Shown piece by piece: positions 1 through 13,646 of a stretch of DNA of 64,000 bases; position 1 is the first letter of the stretch, and every line of letters starts with the position of its first letter. Under the pieces are notes generated by a model. That model saw nothing but the letters and a program-made list of their open reading frames with translations, was not told where the DNA came from and searched no databases. The position numbers were made by a program, and so were the translations under genes. Source of the DNA: Eledone cirrhosa (lineage: Eukaryota); contig OZ024740.1 of NCBI GenBank assembly GCA_964016885.1, positions 113,212,001-113,276,000 on the forward strand. The letters are read 5' to 3'.

Positions 1-829
1 TGCCACCACTGCACATTAAGTTGGGGTTGATGAAGCAGTTTGTGAAGGCTCTCAACCAATAATCGGCCGCTTTTAAGTACCTTCTTGAGTTCTTCCCCAA
101 GTTATCTGAGGCCAAAATCAAAGGTGGAATTTTTGTTGGACCTCAGATAAAGAAGGTGTTTGAGTCTACAGAGTTCTCCAATAAGCTCTATAGGATTGAG
201 AGAACAGCATGGAACTGTTTCAAGGCAGTTGTTAAGGGATTCCTGGGCATCTACAGAGCTGAAATCTACCAGCAACTGGTGCAGGATCTGATAAAGGCTT
301 TTGGCGCCATGTGATGTAGGATGTCGCTTAAACTCAATATGCGGGACGCTCACCTGGAAACATACAAGGACAATATGGGCGCCTACTCGGAAGAACAAGG
401 CGAACAATTCCACCAAGATGTGAAAGAGATAGAGCGGAGGTACCAGGGCCACTACAATGAAAACATGATGGGGACTATATCTGGGGGCTAGTGCGGGAAT
501 GCGACCTGGACTACAACCGCAAATCCAGGAAATCCAGTCATTTCTGACGTGTATAAGTTGCTTTATATGTTTTATTTGTTTTTACTTGTTTGCTTTTGAT
601 AAGCTTGTGTAATAAAATAAATATATACTCTGTTGATTTAATTATATGAACTGATAAATTTAAAAAAATGTGTTTTTTCTTGAAAAATATGAAAATTTCG
701 AAATATCAAACTCCTGACTATAAACCCAAACTTCTGATTAAATAATAGTGTTTTTTTTTATAATAATGGGATATAACAAACCACGAAATGACACTTAGAA
801 CCGAGGAACAAAAAATATGTTACACGGTG
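1..829 (+). mobile_element. Chapaev3-like (CMC) DNA transposon 3' part with decayed transposase C-terminus
   Basis: From nt 3 reads PPLHIKLGLMKQFVKALNQ*...KIKGGIFVGPQI...EEQGEQFHQD...RRYQG, motifs I recall from Chapaev3 transposases; stops at 60 and 312, frameshift near 478, ends ~547. Terminus ...TTACACGGTG (829) followed by TTA fits CAC/GTG ends with a TWA TSD. Confidence 0.7.
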
Positions 830-1032
830 TTACCAGTGCAATTTTTATCCCCAGCACCCTCTTTTGTTTTAACATTCAGGTTATGGTTATGTTTTCTTAA
901 CTTCATAAGGCATACTGTTGGTTGAGGGAATATTAATCAAAAGTACCACATAAAAGTCTACACTGTAGACTCTACAGTTTTTAAGCCAAGAAAGGAACTT
1001 AACATTGTAACTTTAACACAGCTACTGAGCAT

Positions 1033-1061
1033 CCCCGAGCAACGCCGGGCTTTACTGCTAG
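1033..1061 (+). mobile_element. Helitron-like 3' terminus
   Basis: Imperfect GC hairpin CCCGAGCAACGCCGGG followed ~8 nt later by CTAG|T. No 5' end identified. Confidence 0.55.
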
Positions 1062-1227
1062 TTACTGATAAATCCATAACCATCTAATTCCCGACAAGTG
1101 AATTCTCTTCGGCCAGCAGTCTACAAATGTATGCATCTATCTATCTATTTTTTTTTCATATACCTGTATGTTAAACTCCCCATTTGTATTTGTCCCCTTC
1201 TTTTGTGCTCTTGTGGCTAATAAAGAA

Positions 1228-1284
<57 letters not shown>
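1228..1284. repeat. (ATCT)n microsatellite
   Basis: Direct reading. Confidence 0.95.
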
Positions 1285-1475
1285 GATAACTAGCTATTTA
1301 TAAAGTATCACCCTCTCTCCCTTTCTCTCTCTTTCACCTCACTGTACTTTACGTTACAACCAAGAAACGTCATTTAAGAAATATTTGATAGCGTGCATAA
1401 AATTGACATATATACAGATGAAGAAAATTCCGTGTACAGTCAAAAATTCAATCAACGACAATAATATTATCACCA

Positions 1476-1476
<1 letters not shown>

Positions 1477-1543
<67 letters not shown>
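1477..1543. repeat. (CTA)n microsatellite
   Basis: Direct reading. Confidence 0.95.
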
Positions 1544-2251
1544 GAAACAATAAAATGGTTGAACTACAGTACAAAGCTCATCCATTTTTAGAGAAGTTGT
1601 TTGTTTCGTTAGGAGTTGACCTTGAGTGAAACCTCAACAACAAACAGTGGTATTCATTCTAACGTATAACGCTGCTATTGAGTTAACTGAAACATATTTT
1701 GTTAAATGAAAGGCCAGCTTCACCTTTGAAGATGCGTCTGCTCGTTCTGGGGCGAAATATCAACAAAAATAACAACAGCAAGCACGTGCAATTGTTCTAA
1801 AGTTTAGCATATATTTATTTACCATGTATGTATTTTATTAAATGATAACCCAAGTCAACATTGAACATATGTTTGCTCGATTAGGACTGACATGCGCATA
1901 ACCGACAACAACAGCCTGGAATATATAATTCATTCATTTGACTATAAAGTACAAGTCAATCTTTGGACATATTTCAGGACTGAGCTACGGTTAAACAACT
2001 GAAAGACAACAACAATAACAACACCATCATCTCCATTAAAAACAAAAACACTAGCTACAAACTGGTATAGATATTTTGTCTGGTATTTACTTAATTGTCT
2101 GCTATGTGTTTTATTGAAGATATGATCAAGTCCACCTTTGAATATAGGTGTATGTATTCAAGATTAAGCTGGTTTTAAACAACAAGGAAGATTGACATAT
2201 ATATATTACTGTTTGATAGTTAATTCATTGCCTGTTCAAATTTGATTGAAT

Positions 2252-2553
<302 letters not shown>

Positions 2554-2738
2554 GATAAATCTACCAAGAGTTTACGGTAGTGTCCAATCCGTATGAAGAA
2601 CTCAATGTATTCCGGATATCATGGAAAGAAGAGATGTAATGAAAAACCACTTTCGGTGAAAGATAAACGGTATACAGAGTCAAGATAAAATATTAAACAA
2701 ATAATGAATAAACAATTCCTTATATTAAACAAAAAAAG

Positions 2739-2893
2739 TTCATTATTTAACGATCGTTTCTAGGATATATATGTGTTATAATTGGTATGCATATTCAACA
2801 GATCTATGTACAAAATTATACAAAATTATACAAATTATCAAGATTAAATATACATACCAAACACATATATACGCCGTCTTCAGAAATAATGAA
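2739..2893 (-). ncRNA. Type I hammerhead ribozyme with long stem II (PLE-1 pLTR, left arm)
   Basis: Reverse complement of 14461-14615. Confidence 0.72.
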
Positions 2894-3712
2894 GTATATT
2901 TATTGATAATAACAACAATTCAAAATTTCAGTTCAAAATTGACCAATGAAAACACAAAAGGTTAAATGCAGTTCGGTGTGTGTATATACATGTAAAACCC
3001 TTACACATATTTTACAAAAATGTATGTATAATTTGTATACGCATACTAAAAGGATGGATGCAAATACGAAATTTCAAGGTTAATGTCTCTGTGAGCCTAC
3101 ATGCGCAGATAAGATGCGCATTGATACTTATGAAATCAAGTATATAAATATATTTTTTCATACTCACACATATCAGTACAATCACACATACACGCGCGTA
3201 TATGCATAAATATACACATAACCACGAACATACAAACACACACACACACCCCCACTCACATTTATATATGTGGATATAAAATCATAAGCACATGGATATT
3301 AATTCACTCACATAAAACACTGGCACACACATTTCTAGATCAAGATACAGAAATTAGGTGGGAGGGGGGGGGAGGGTTCAGTATTCAACTGTCTGAGCAA
3401 ACTGTCTAATATAAATGTATCTATAAATTAAGAAAAATAAAAAAATAAAACAATAAAATATAATAAATATAATGTAATATACATACACATACAGATATAT
3501 ACACATACATACATGTACGCACACATAGAAATATTTACGCATACGCACATACACACATACATATACAGTCATACACACACATACACTTACACGAACATAC
3601 ACATACACATATATAAAGATATATATATACACACACACACATACACGCAACACATACACACATACATATATATATAAAAATAAATAATAAAGATATATAC
3701 CTATATATATAT

Positions 3713-3761
<49 letters not shown>

Positions 3762-4160
3762 CACACACATACATCTAAATATACATACACATACATACAC
3801 ACATACATGTACATACATGTACATACATATACGCACATCGATATACATATATATATATATACATATATATATATACACACACATAGACATGTAGATACAT
3901 ACACACACAACTTACATACACACATATATATATACATGTATATTCATACATAGAATTAGATATATAATCATACATACTTATGCACTTACTTATACTCATA
4001 TATACAAATACATACGCATCTATATATGCATATATACATAAAAAAAACTACAACCTCACCTAACTCAGACATACAAATAAAAATAATAATAAAAAGACAT
4101 ATGTATATACATACACACACGCATTAATAGAGATATATATATAGAGACACATACATACAC

Positions 4161-4191
<31 letters not shown>

Positions 4192-4204
4192 TATATATAT
4201 ATAT

Positions 4205-4405
4205 ATAGGAACCAGTAAGACCCCGACAGCTGAGCTCAAGCCGTTTCGACGGCTAATTCTGGACTAGTCCAGAATTAGCCGTCGAAACGGCTTGAGCTCA
4301 GCTGTCGGGGTCTTACTGGTTCCTATTACCCACTCTACTACCTCAAGTATTGAGTACTTTGGTGCGTTATGGTCCACCTGGTTCCTTACCACATTTCCTT
4401 TGTTA
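4205..4405 (+). mobile_element. Family F fold-back element present in the left palindrome arm only
   Basis: Perfect 122-bp palindrome 4205-4326 centred on ACT|AGT plus ~80-bp tail; mirrored (TA)n at ~13146-13172 is uninterrupted. Confidence 0.85.
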
Positions 4406-4442
4406 TATATATATATATATATACACACATACACTCATACAC

Positions 4443-4473
<31 letters not shown>

Positions 4474-4707
4474 CACATAGATATCCACACACTCATACCA
4501 CCATAAATACACATATAAACACCCACATATATATATATATACACACGTATATATATATATATATATATATATACAGACACACATAAAAAACAGACATGCA
4601 CATATATATATATATTAATTACACTTATATATACACATATTATATACACGTACACAACCTCACTTATACATACATACACATAAGTTATATTATAATAATA
4701 AAGAATA

Positions 4708-4754
<47 letters not shown>

Positions 4755-4854
4755 CATATATATACATACATACATACATATACATACATACACATAAACA
4801 TATACATACATAAATACACACATACTAATAAAGACATATATTCACACATAGACA

Positions 4855-4906
<52 letters not shown>

Positions 4907-6052
4907 TATACATATATACACACACACATATACACAGACACATATACACACTCACATATATATATGTGTGTGTGTGCGCACACACACATATGTACACACA
5001 CACACACAAATACACATAAACACATACATATGCATACATGCACACACACACACACATATATCACATAGATACGAAGATAAACATATAAATAGAGAGACAT
5101 ACATATATATACAACACACATACACACACATACATACACACGCATATACATATACACATATATATACATATATATATTCCTATATATACATGCATACACA
5201 TATATACACATATATACACTTACATACACATATACGTACACACATTCACATACACATACATATATAATGCATATATACACATATATACATACATATACAC
5301 ACTCATATATACACACGCAATCTTACATTCATATTTGCATGCGCATATATGTATTTTTATATTTAGATATAAATACCCAAACCTATATAGACACCTACCT
5401 ACATATATATTCATACATAGACGCTTACAAATACAGATGATAATAGTATGGGGGAAAGGGGGGGGGGGTTGGAGAAGGGGATCAAAGTAAATATATGTTT
5501 CAAGAAACATAGAAAATTTTCCGTATTTTTATCCAATGTATGTTCTTACATATTTTCAGTGTTAGGAAATACGACAAACAAGAACTAAGGCAAAATCTAT
5601 GCATCTCAAAATAAATAAGTATATCATTAATTATATGTTAACTAAACCAAAGATAGTCAACATATTGATTTCTAAGGTGTAAATTAGTTAGGTTTATAAT
5701 ATTTGAAGCAGAATTTTGAAGTCAAACAGTAGTAGATTATTAATTACAGTATAACTAAATTAAAGTTAATAACGTTATGGTATCAATATTAGGAAATGAA
5801 TTTAGTAATAGGGAAAAAAATAAAATAAAGTATTACATCGGTAGTAGAATATAAATTATATGTTAACTAAATTAAAAATTATATATTTATTTCAATAGTA
5901 TATGTTAATTAGGTATACAATACATAAAGCAGATACTGTATTTCATCAATAGCATAATATAATTATATGCAAATAGAAATCAAAATTAATACGCATACAT
6001 ATACATATACATACACATACACATATACATACATATACACACACATATATAT

Positions 6053-6111
<59 letters not shown>

Positions 6112-6630
6112 TACATACACATACACATACACACACACACATACACATACACATATACATATACATATCTTTTTCAAAAAATTGCACAGAATATATTAAC
6201 TAGGTATATATCCAGAACGCATCCCATTCTATGAATACATGACATTCTGCAATTCGTCTGTATAAGGATACTAATTTTAAGCAAATTAAAATTAAAATTT
6301 TTAGGTTGATTAAAACTAAAACCAAATAATAAATATATTTCTAAAATGTATATTAATTAGGTCTATAATACTAAAAATTATTTCTCTGTCATTGGATACA
6401 CGATATTATTTTGTTATGTTTTATCTGTAAAAGAGTTATAATAAAAGGTTTAAATAAATTAAAATTAATCTATAAATTAAATTACTAAGTATATATTAGT
6501 AATATTTAAAGGTTTTTCATAATTTATGATTACATAATATTTTATATTCTCATCTGTAATAAAATATTAATTAAATTAAATTTATAGGTTAACTAACATT
6601 TAAATTAAATTAATTTCTAAAATAATGTTA

Positions 6631-8769
6631 TTAATTAGGTTTATAATATTTAAATGTTTTTTTTAGTTTATGATTACACGATATAATTAATTCCTGTCGT
6701 TTATTTAATAAGATATCCTTAGACTTCATTATTTCAAATAGTTCTTGGGAGCATAATCTACATTCATTTCTATTATTTTGATAAGGGGTGGCTCTTTTGA
6801 GCACACTCCAGGTCAAATCATATTTTATATTCTTATTTTTATAACTATTGATTTTTTCTGCTAGAGATGTTGTATTAGCCAGTGCGGCATTTTTAAAACT
6901 ATGCTTGTGGGTATTAAACCTTGTCTTAAAATTGTTAGAGGTAGCTCCTATATATGAGCAAATAGAATCTTTAGTTTTAACATTACATTTATAGACTATG
7001 TTGTTAACAAGACAATTCCCTTTTAATGGGCAGTTTGCTTTGTTTCTACAGTTACATCCTTTCGTTAATTTTGTATTTGAGGAGATATTATGGTTAATTT
7101 GATGTACTGGTGGTATACTTATAGTTTTCTTACATTTATATGCATTATATGCACTTATATTTTGTTTTATGTTATTTGTTGTAGAGTATGAGAATTTAAC
7201 TGTAGACCTATTTAAGATTTGATGGTATTTGTGGTTTGGCGGGAAGTTTTTCTCAAGGATATAAAAAAATTTTTTAGCAATATTATCCTTAACTTGTAAA
7301 TTAAAAGGAGCATTATACCAAGTAACTCGTCTATTACGGTTTCTATGTTGTTTATTATTTTTATTATTTTTATAGGTTGTATCGTGATTTTTACTAGGAG
7401 GATTAATGTTAATGATCTCACCACAACTATTTTTAGTTATATTTGTAGATTTAGGTGTTTTATCTTTTTTATTAGGAGTTTTATTATTAATATTTATTAT
7501 AGTTGTATGATGAGTAGTTTTTTGAGAGTTACTATACTTTATATTAGAAGATTTAGTATTTTGGGGTATAGTGTGGGTGGCATTTAGGTGTGTACTTTTC
7601 ATTTGGTGTTTGTTGGTAATATTATGTTGTATGCTTTCAGTATTTTTAGTAGAAGGTATATATTCTAATCTATTTTTGTGGCCACTTCTATCTAGAGCTT
7701 CGTTATAGAAGGTCGCATTTTTATCAAATACATCTTGGTTAGAAGAAAGGTTAGAAATTCTAAGTGATATATTATATGCAAGGTTTTTAAGGATAGATTT
7801 AGGGTGATTAGATTGTGAGTGTATGTAATGTAAGTTTTGGTTAGGTTTATGGTAAGGTTGGTAGATACCCGTAGCTAAATCTAAAGTTATATCTAGGAAA
7901 TTTACTACTTTACTTGTTTTTTCAAAAGTAATATTAAGATTATAATAGTCTTTAAGGAAAGTTCTAATATGTTTTTTGTTTTTTTCGATTTCTGAAAGGC
8001 TAAGGTTGTTAGAAAGAAGAAGACAGTCATCACGATATAAACCACCTTTGAGGTGGGGAAAAGAGGCATTTATGTTGAAAAGGAGAAAGAGGCCCACAAG
8101 ATCAGTAATTTGGGCGGAATCGCTTGAACCCATAGTAATATCAAAAAGATTACTGTATGTGTTTCTGGTCCAGTATTCACTCTGAAATTCAATAAGTGTT
8201 AGTCTAGCATGTGTAATAATGTTAATGTCATCCAAAGTTAAGTTAGATCTATTTTTAGCAAATATCAATGCTTTGTTCAGGAGTATAGGTGATATAGAAG
8301 AATAGTAATTATCTATATCAAATTGTAGGAAAGAAGCAGAAGATTTACACCTAATATTTTTAAACCAGTTAATTACCTGGGAGGTGTTTTCCCAGAGTGG
8401 TAAAATAACGTGTTTTCTTATTTGTGGGATGACTCTATCTAAAATTTTTTTGCTAATTATTCCAATATCTGATTTGGAGGGACAAATAAGTCTAATAGAA
8501 GGATTTGAGTTAAAGTTAGATTTGTGATCTTTCAGGTTGAAGTGTGGTCTTTTCAATGCCAAAGGTTCAGTTCTATCTTCAATGTTTAGTTTTTTTACTA
8601 TGTTGTGTGTTTTGTTGTTGATGTTGGTGAGTGACACATTATTAGATTTTTTATAATTTTTTCTGAGTTCTTTATATATGAACTCGTTATAATGTTCAAT
8701 ATCCATATGATACAAGTTACCAGTTTTGTCCGAGTGGACATGGATTTTTTTAGACTTTTTTAGGTCCAA
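6631..8769 (-). CDS. PLE RT/GIY-YIG polyprotein, N-terminally truncated
   Basis: DKTG motif, RT motifs QFDIDNYYSSI, MGSSDS, LYRDD, NFLDITL; Cys linker CNCRNKANCPLKGNC; NIVY..SYIG..R..H..E..LLN endonuclease. Starts at TTG; lacks ~100 aa present in the 36874 homologue. Confidence 0.9.
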   Translation of the reverse strand: MDLKKSKKIHVHSDKTGNLYHMDIEHYNEFIYKELRKNYKKSNNVSLTNINNKTHNIVKKLNIEDRTEPLALKRPHFNLKDHKSNFNSNPSIRLICPSKSDIGIISKKILDRVIPQIRKHVILPLWENTSQVINWFKNIRCKSSASFLQFDIDNYYSSISPILLNKALIFAKNRSNLTLDDINIITHARLTLIEFQSEYWTRNTYSNLFDITMGSSDSAQITDLVGLFLLFNINASFPHLKGGLYRDDCLLLSNNLSLSEIEKNKKHIRTFLKDYYNLNITFEKTSKVVNFLDITLDLATGIYQPYHKPNQNLHYIHSQSNHPKSILKNLAYNISLRISNLSSNQDVFDKNATFYNEALDRSGHKNRLEYIPSTKNTESIQHNITNKHQMKSTHLNATHTIPQNTKSSNIKYSNSQKTTHHTTIININNKTPNKKDKTPKSTNITKNSCGEIININPPSKNHDTTYKNNKNNKQHRNRNRRVTWYNAPFNLQVKDNIAKKFFYILEKNFPPNHKYHQILNRSTVKFSYSTTNNIKQNISAYNAYKCKKTISIPPVHQINHNISSNTKLTKGCNCRNKANCPLKGNCLVNNIVYKCNVKTKDSICSYIGATSNNFKTRFNTHKHSFKNAALANTTSLAEKINSYKNKNIKYDLTWSVLKRATPYQNNRNECRLCSQELFEIMKSKDILLNKRQELIISCNHKLKKTFKYYKPN

Positions 8770-8802
8770 TAGGGTAGAATCAAGGTCACTGATTCTACCC
8801 TA

Positions 8803-10941
8803 TTGGACCTAAAAAAGTCTAAAAAAATCCATGTCCACTCGGACAAAACTGGTAACTTGTATCATATGGATATTGAACATTATAACGAGTTCATATATAA
8901 AGAACTCAGAAAAAATTATAAAAAATCTAATAATGTGTCACTCACCAACATCAACAACAAAACACACAACATAGTAAAAAAACTAAACATTGAAGATAGA
9001 ACTGAACCTTTGGCATTGAAAAGACCACACTTCAACCTGAAAGATCACAAATCTAACTTTAACTCAAATCCTTCTATTAGACTTATTTGTCCCTCCAAAT
9101 CAGATATTGGAATAATTAGCAAAAAAATTTTAGATAGAGTCATCCCACAAATAAGAAAACACGTTATTTTACCACTCTGGGAAAACACCTCCCAGGTAAT
9201 TAACTGGTTTAAAAATATTAGGTGTAAATCTTCTGCTTCTTTCCTACAATTTGATATAGATAATTACTATTCTTCTATATCACCTATACTCCTGAACAAA
9301 GCATTGATATTTGCTAAAAATAGATCTAACTTAACTTTGGATGACATTAACATTATTACACATGCTAGACTAACACTTATTGAATTTCAGAGTGAATACT
9401 GGACCAGAAACACATACAGTAATCTTTTTGATATTACTATGGGTTCAAGCGATTCCGCCCAAATTACTGATCTTGTGGGCCTCTTTCTCCTTTTCAACAT
9501 AAATGCCTCTTTTCCCCACCTCAAAGGTGGTTTATATCGTGATGACTGTCTTCTTCTTTCTAACAACCTTAGCCTTTCAGAAATCGAAAAAAACAAAAAA
9601 CATATTAGAACTTTCCTTAAAGACTATTATAATCTTAATATTACTTTTGAAAAAACAAGTAAAGTAGTAAATTTCCTAGATATAACTTTAGATTTAGCTA
9701 CGGGTATCTACCAACCTTACCATAAACCTAACCAAAACTTACATTACATACACTCACAATCTAATCACCCTAAATCTATCCTTAAAAACCTTGCATATAA
9801 TATATCACTTAGAATTTCTAACCTTTCTTCTAACCAAGATGTATTTGATAAAAATGCGACCTTCTATAACGAAGCTCTAGATAGAAGTGGCCACAAAAAT
9901 AGATTAGAATATATACCTTCTACTAAAAATACTGAAAGCATACAACATAATATTACCAACAAACACCAAATGAAAAGTACACACCTAAATGCCACCCACA
10001 CTATACCCCAAAATACTAAATCTTCTAATATAAAGTATAGTAACTCTCAAAAAACTACTCATCATACAACTATAATAAATATTAATAATAAAACTCCTAA
10101 TAAAAAAGATAAAACACCTAAATCTACAAATATAACTAAAAATAGTTGTGGTGAGATCATTAACATTAATCCTCCTAGTAAAAATCACGATACAACCTAT
10201 AAAAATAATAAAAATAATAAACAACATAGAAACCGTAATAGACGAGTTACTTGGTATAATGCTCCTTTTAATTTACAAGTTAAGGATAATATTGCTAAAA
10301 AATTTTTTTATATCCTTGAGAAAAACTTCCCGCCAAACCACAAATACCATCAAATCTTAAATAGGTCTACAGTTAAATTCTCATACTCTACAACAAATAA
10401 CATAAAACAAAATATAAGTGCATATAATGCATATAAATGTAAGAAAACTATAAGTATACCACCAGTACATCAAATTAACCATAATATCTCCTCAAATACA
10501 AAATTAACGAAAGGATGTAACTGTAGAAACAAAGCAAACTGCCCATTAAAAGGGAATTGTCTTGTTAACAACATAGTCTATAAATGTAATGTTAAAACTA
10601 AAGATTCTATTTGCTCATATATAGGAGCTACCTCTAACAATTTTAAGACAAGGTTTAATACCCACAAGCATAGTTTTAAAAATGCCGCACTGGCTAATAC
10701 AACATCTCTAGCAGAAAAAATCAATAGTTATAAAAATAAGAATATAAAATATGATTTGACCTGGAGTGTGCTCAAAAGAGCCACCCCTTATCAAAATAAT
10801 AGAAATGAATGTAGATTATGCTCCCAAGAACTATTTGAAATAATGAAGTCTAAGGATATCTTATTAAATAAACGACAGGAATTAATTATATCGTGTAATC
10901 ATAAACTAAAAAAAACATTTAAATATTATAAACCTAATTAA
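8803..10941 (+). CDS. PLE RT/GIY-YIG polyprotein, N-terminally truncated (identical protein to 6631-8769)
   Basis: Same 712-aa translation; no stops; RT catalytic Asp residues retained. Confidence 0.9.
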   Translation: MDLKKSKKIHVHSDKTGNLYHMDIEHYNEFIYKELRKNYKKSNNVSLTNINNKTHNIVKKLNIEDRTEPLALKRPHFNLKDHKSNFNSNPSIRLICPSKSDIGIISKKILDRVIPQIRKHVILPLWENTSQVINWFKNIRCKSSASFLQFDIDNYYSSISPILLNKALIFAKNRSNLTLDDINIITHARLTLIEFQSEYWTRNTYSNLFDITMGSSDSAQITDLVGLFLLFNINASFPHLKGGLYRDDCLLLSNNLSLSEIEKNKKHIRTFLKDYYNLNITFEKTSKVVNFLDITLDLATGIYQPYHKPNQNLHYIHSQSNHPKSILKNLAYNISLRISNLSSNQDVFDKNATFYNEALDRSGHKNRLEYIPSTKNTESIQHNITNKHQMKSTHLNATHTIPQNTKSSNIKYSNSQKTTHHTTIININNKTPNKKDKTPKSTNITKNSCGEIININPPSKNHDTTYKNNKNNKQHRNRNRRVTWYNAPFNLQVKDNIAKKFFYILEKNFPPNHKYHQILNRSTVKFSYSTTNNIKQNISAYNAYKCKKTISIPPVHQINHNISSNTKLTKGCNCRNKANCPLKGNCLVNNIVYKCNVKTKDSICSYIGATSNNFKTRFNTHKHSFKNAALANTTSLAEKINSYKNKNIKYDLTWSVLKRATPYQNNRNECRLCSQELFEIMKSKDILLNKRQELIISCNHKLKKTFKYYKPN

Positions 10942-11460
10942 TAACATTATTTTAGAAATTAATTTAATTTAAATGTTAGTTAACCTATAAATTTAATTTA
11001 ATTAATATTTTATTACAGATGAGAATATAAAATATTATGTAATCATAAATTATGAAAAACCTTTAAATATTACTAATATATACTTAGTAATTTAATTTAT
11101 AGATTAATTTTAATTTATTTAAACCTTTTATTATAACTCTTTTACAGATAAAACATAACAAAATAATATCGTGTATCCAATGACAGAGAAATAATTTTTA
11201 GTATTATAGACCTAATTAATATACATTTTAGAAATATATTTATTATTTGGTTTTAGTTTTAATCAACCTAAAAATTTTAATTTTAATTTGCTTAAAATTA
11301 GTATCCTTATACAGACGAATTGCAGAATGTCATGTATTCATAGAATGGGATGCGTTCTGGATATATACCTAGTTAATATATTCTGTGCAATTTTTTGAAA
11401 AAGATATGTATATGTATATGTGTATGTGTATGTGTGTGTGTGTATGTGTATGTGTATGTA

Positions 11461-11511
<51 letters not shown>

Positions 11512-12658
11512 ATATATATGTGTGTGTATATGTATGTATATGTGTATGTGTATGTATATGTATATGTATGCGTATTAATTTTGATTTCTATTTGCATATA
11601 ATTATATTATGCTATTGATGAAATACAGTATCTGCTTTATGTATTGTATACCTAATTAACATATACTATTGAAATAAATATATAATTTTTAATTTAGTTA
11701 ACATATAATTTATATTCTACTACCGATGTAATACTTTATTTTATTTTTTTCCCTATTACTAAATTCATTTCCTAATATTGATACCATAACGTTATTAACT
11801 TTAATTTAGTTATACTGTAATTAATAATCTACTACTGTTTGACTTCAAAATTCTGCTTCAAATATTATAAACCTAACTAATTTACACCTTAGAAATCAAT
11901 ATGTTGACTATCTTTGGTTTAGTTAACATATGATTAATGATATACTTATTTATTTTGAGATGCATAGATTTTGCCTTAGTTCTTGTTTGTCGTATTTCCT
12001 AACACTGAAAATATGTAAGAACATACATTGGATAAAAATACGGAAAATTTTCTATGTTTCTTGAAACATATATTTACTTTGATCCCCTTCTCCAACCCCC
12101 CCCCCCCTTTCCCCCATACTATTATCATCTGTATTTGTAAGCGTCTATGTATGAATATATATGTAGGTAGGTGTCTATATAGGTTTGGGTATTTATATCT
12201 AAATATAAAAATACATATATGCGCATGCAAATATGAATGTAAGATTGCGTGTGTATATATGAGTGTGTATATGTATGTATATATGTGTATATATGCATTA
12301 TATATGTATGTGTATGTGAATGTGTGTACGTATATGTGTATGTAAGTGTATATATGTGTATATATGTGTATGCATGTATATATAGGAATATATATATGTA
12401 TATATATGTGTATATGTATATGCGTGTGTATGTATGTGTGTGTATGTGTGTTGTATATATATGTATGTCTCTCTATTTATATGTTTATCTTCGTATCTAT
12501 GTGATATATGTGTGTGTGTGTGTGCATGTATGCATATGTATGTGTTTATGTGTATTTGTGTGTGTGTGTGTACATATGTGTGTGTGCGCACACACACACA
12601 TATATATATGTGAGTGTGTATATGTGTCTGTGTATATGTGTGTGTGTATATATGTATA

Positions 12659-12712
<54 letters not shown>

Positions 12713-12814
12713 TGTCTATGTGTGAATATATGTCTTTATTAGTATGTGTGTATTTATGTATGTATATGTTTATGTGTATGTATGTATATGTATGTATGTA
12801 TGTATATATATGTG

Positions 12815-12861
<47 letters not shown>

Positions 12862-13095
12862 TATTCTTTATTATTATAATATAACTTATGTGTATGTATG
12901 TATAAGTGAGGTTGTGTACGTGTATATAATATGTGTATATATAAGTGTAATTAATATATATATATATGTGCATGTCTGTTTTTTATGTGTGTCTGTATAT
13001 ATATATATATATATATATATACGTGTGTATATATATATATATGTGGGTGTTTATATGTGTATTTATGGTGGTATGAGTGTGTGGATATCTATGTG

Positions 13096-13126
<31 letters not shown>

Positions 13127-13136
13127 GTGTATGAGT

Positions 13137-13200
<64 letters not shown>

Positions 13201-13599
13201 GTGTATGTATGTGTCTCTATATATATATCTCTATTAATGCGTGTGTGTATGTATATACATATGCCTTTTTATTATTATTTTTATTTGTATGTCTGAGTTA
13301 GGTGAGGTTGTAGTTTTTTTTATGTATATATGCATATATAGATGCGTATGTATTTGTATATATGAGTATAAGTAAGTGCATAAGTATGTATGATTATATA
13401 TCTAATTCTATGTATGAATATACATGTATATATATATGTGTGTATGTAAGTTGTGTGTGTATGTATCTACATGTCTATGTGTGTGTATATATATATATGT
13501 ATATATATATATATGTATATCGATGTGCGTATATGTATGTACATGTATGTACATGTATGTGTGTATGTATGTGTATGTATATTTAGATGTATGTGTGTG

Positions 13600-13646
<47 letters not shown>

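Larger units (their letters stand above)
2551..8782 (-). mobile_element. Penelope-like element PLE-1, left arm (5'-truncated, with probable 3' tail 2551-2684)
   Basis: ORF 6631-8769(-), ~3.7 kb microsatellite-rich 3' region, terminal hammerhead at 2739-2893, ends in (TA)n at ~2550. Confidence 0.9.

Noticed and set aside
102-452. 116-aa minus-strand ORF
   Set aside because: Antisense shadow of the plus-strand transposase remnant.
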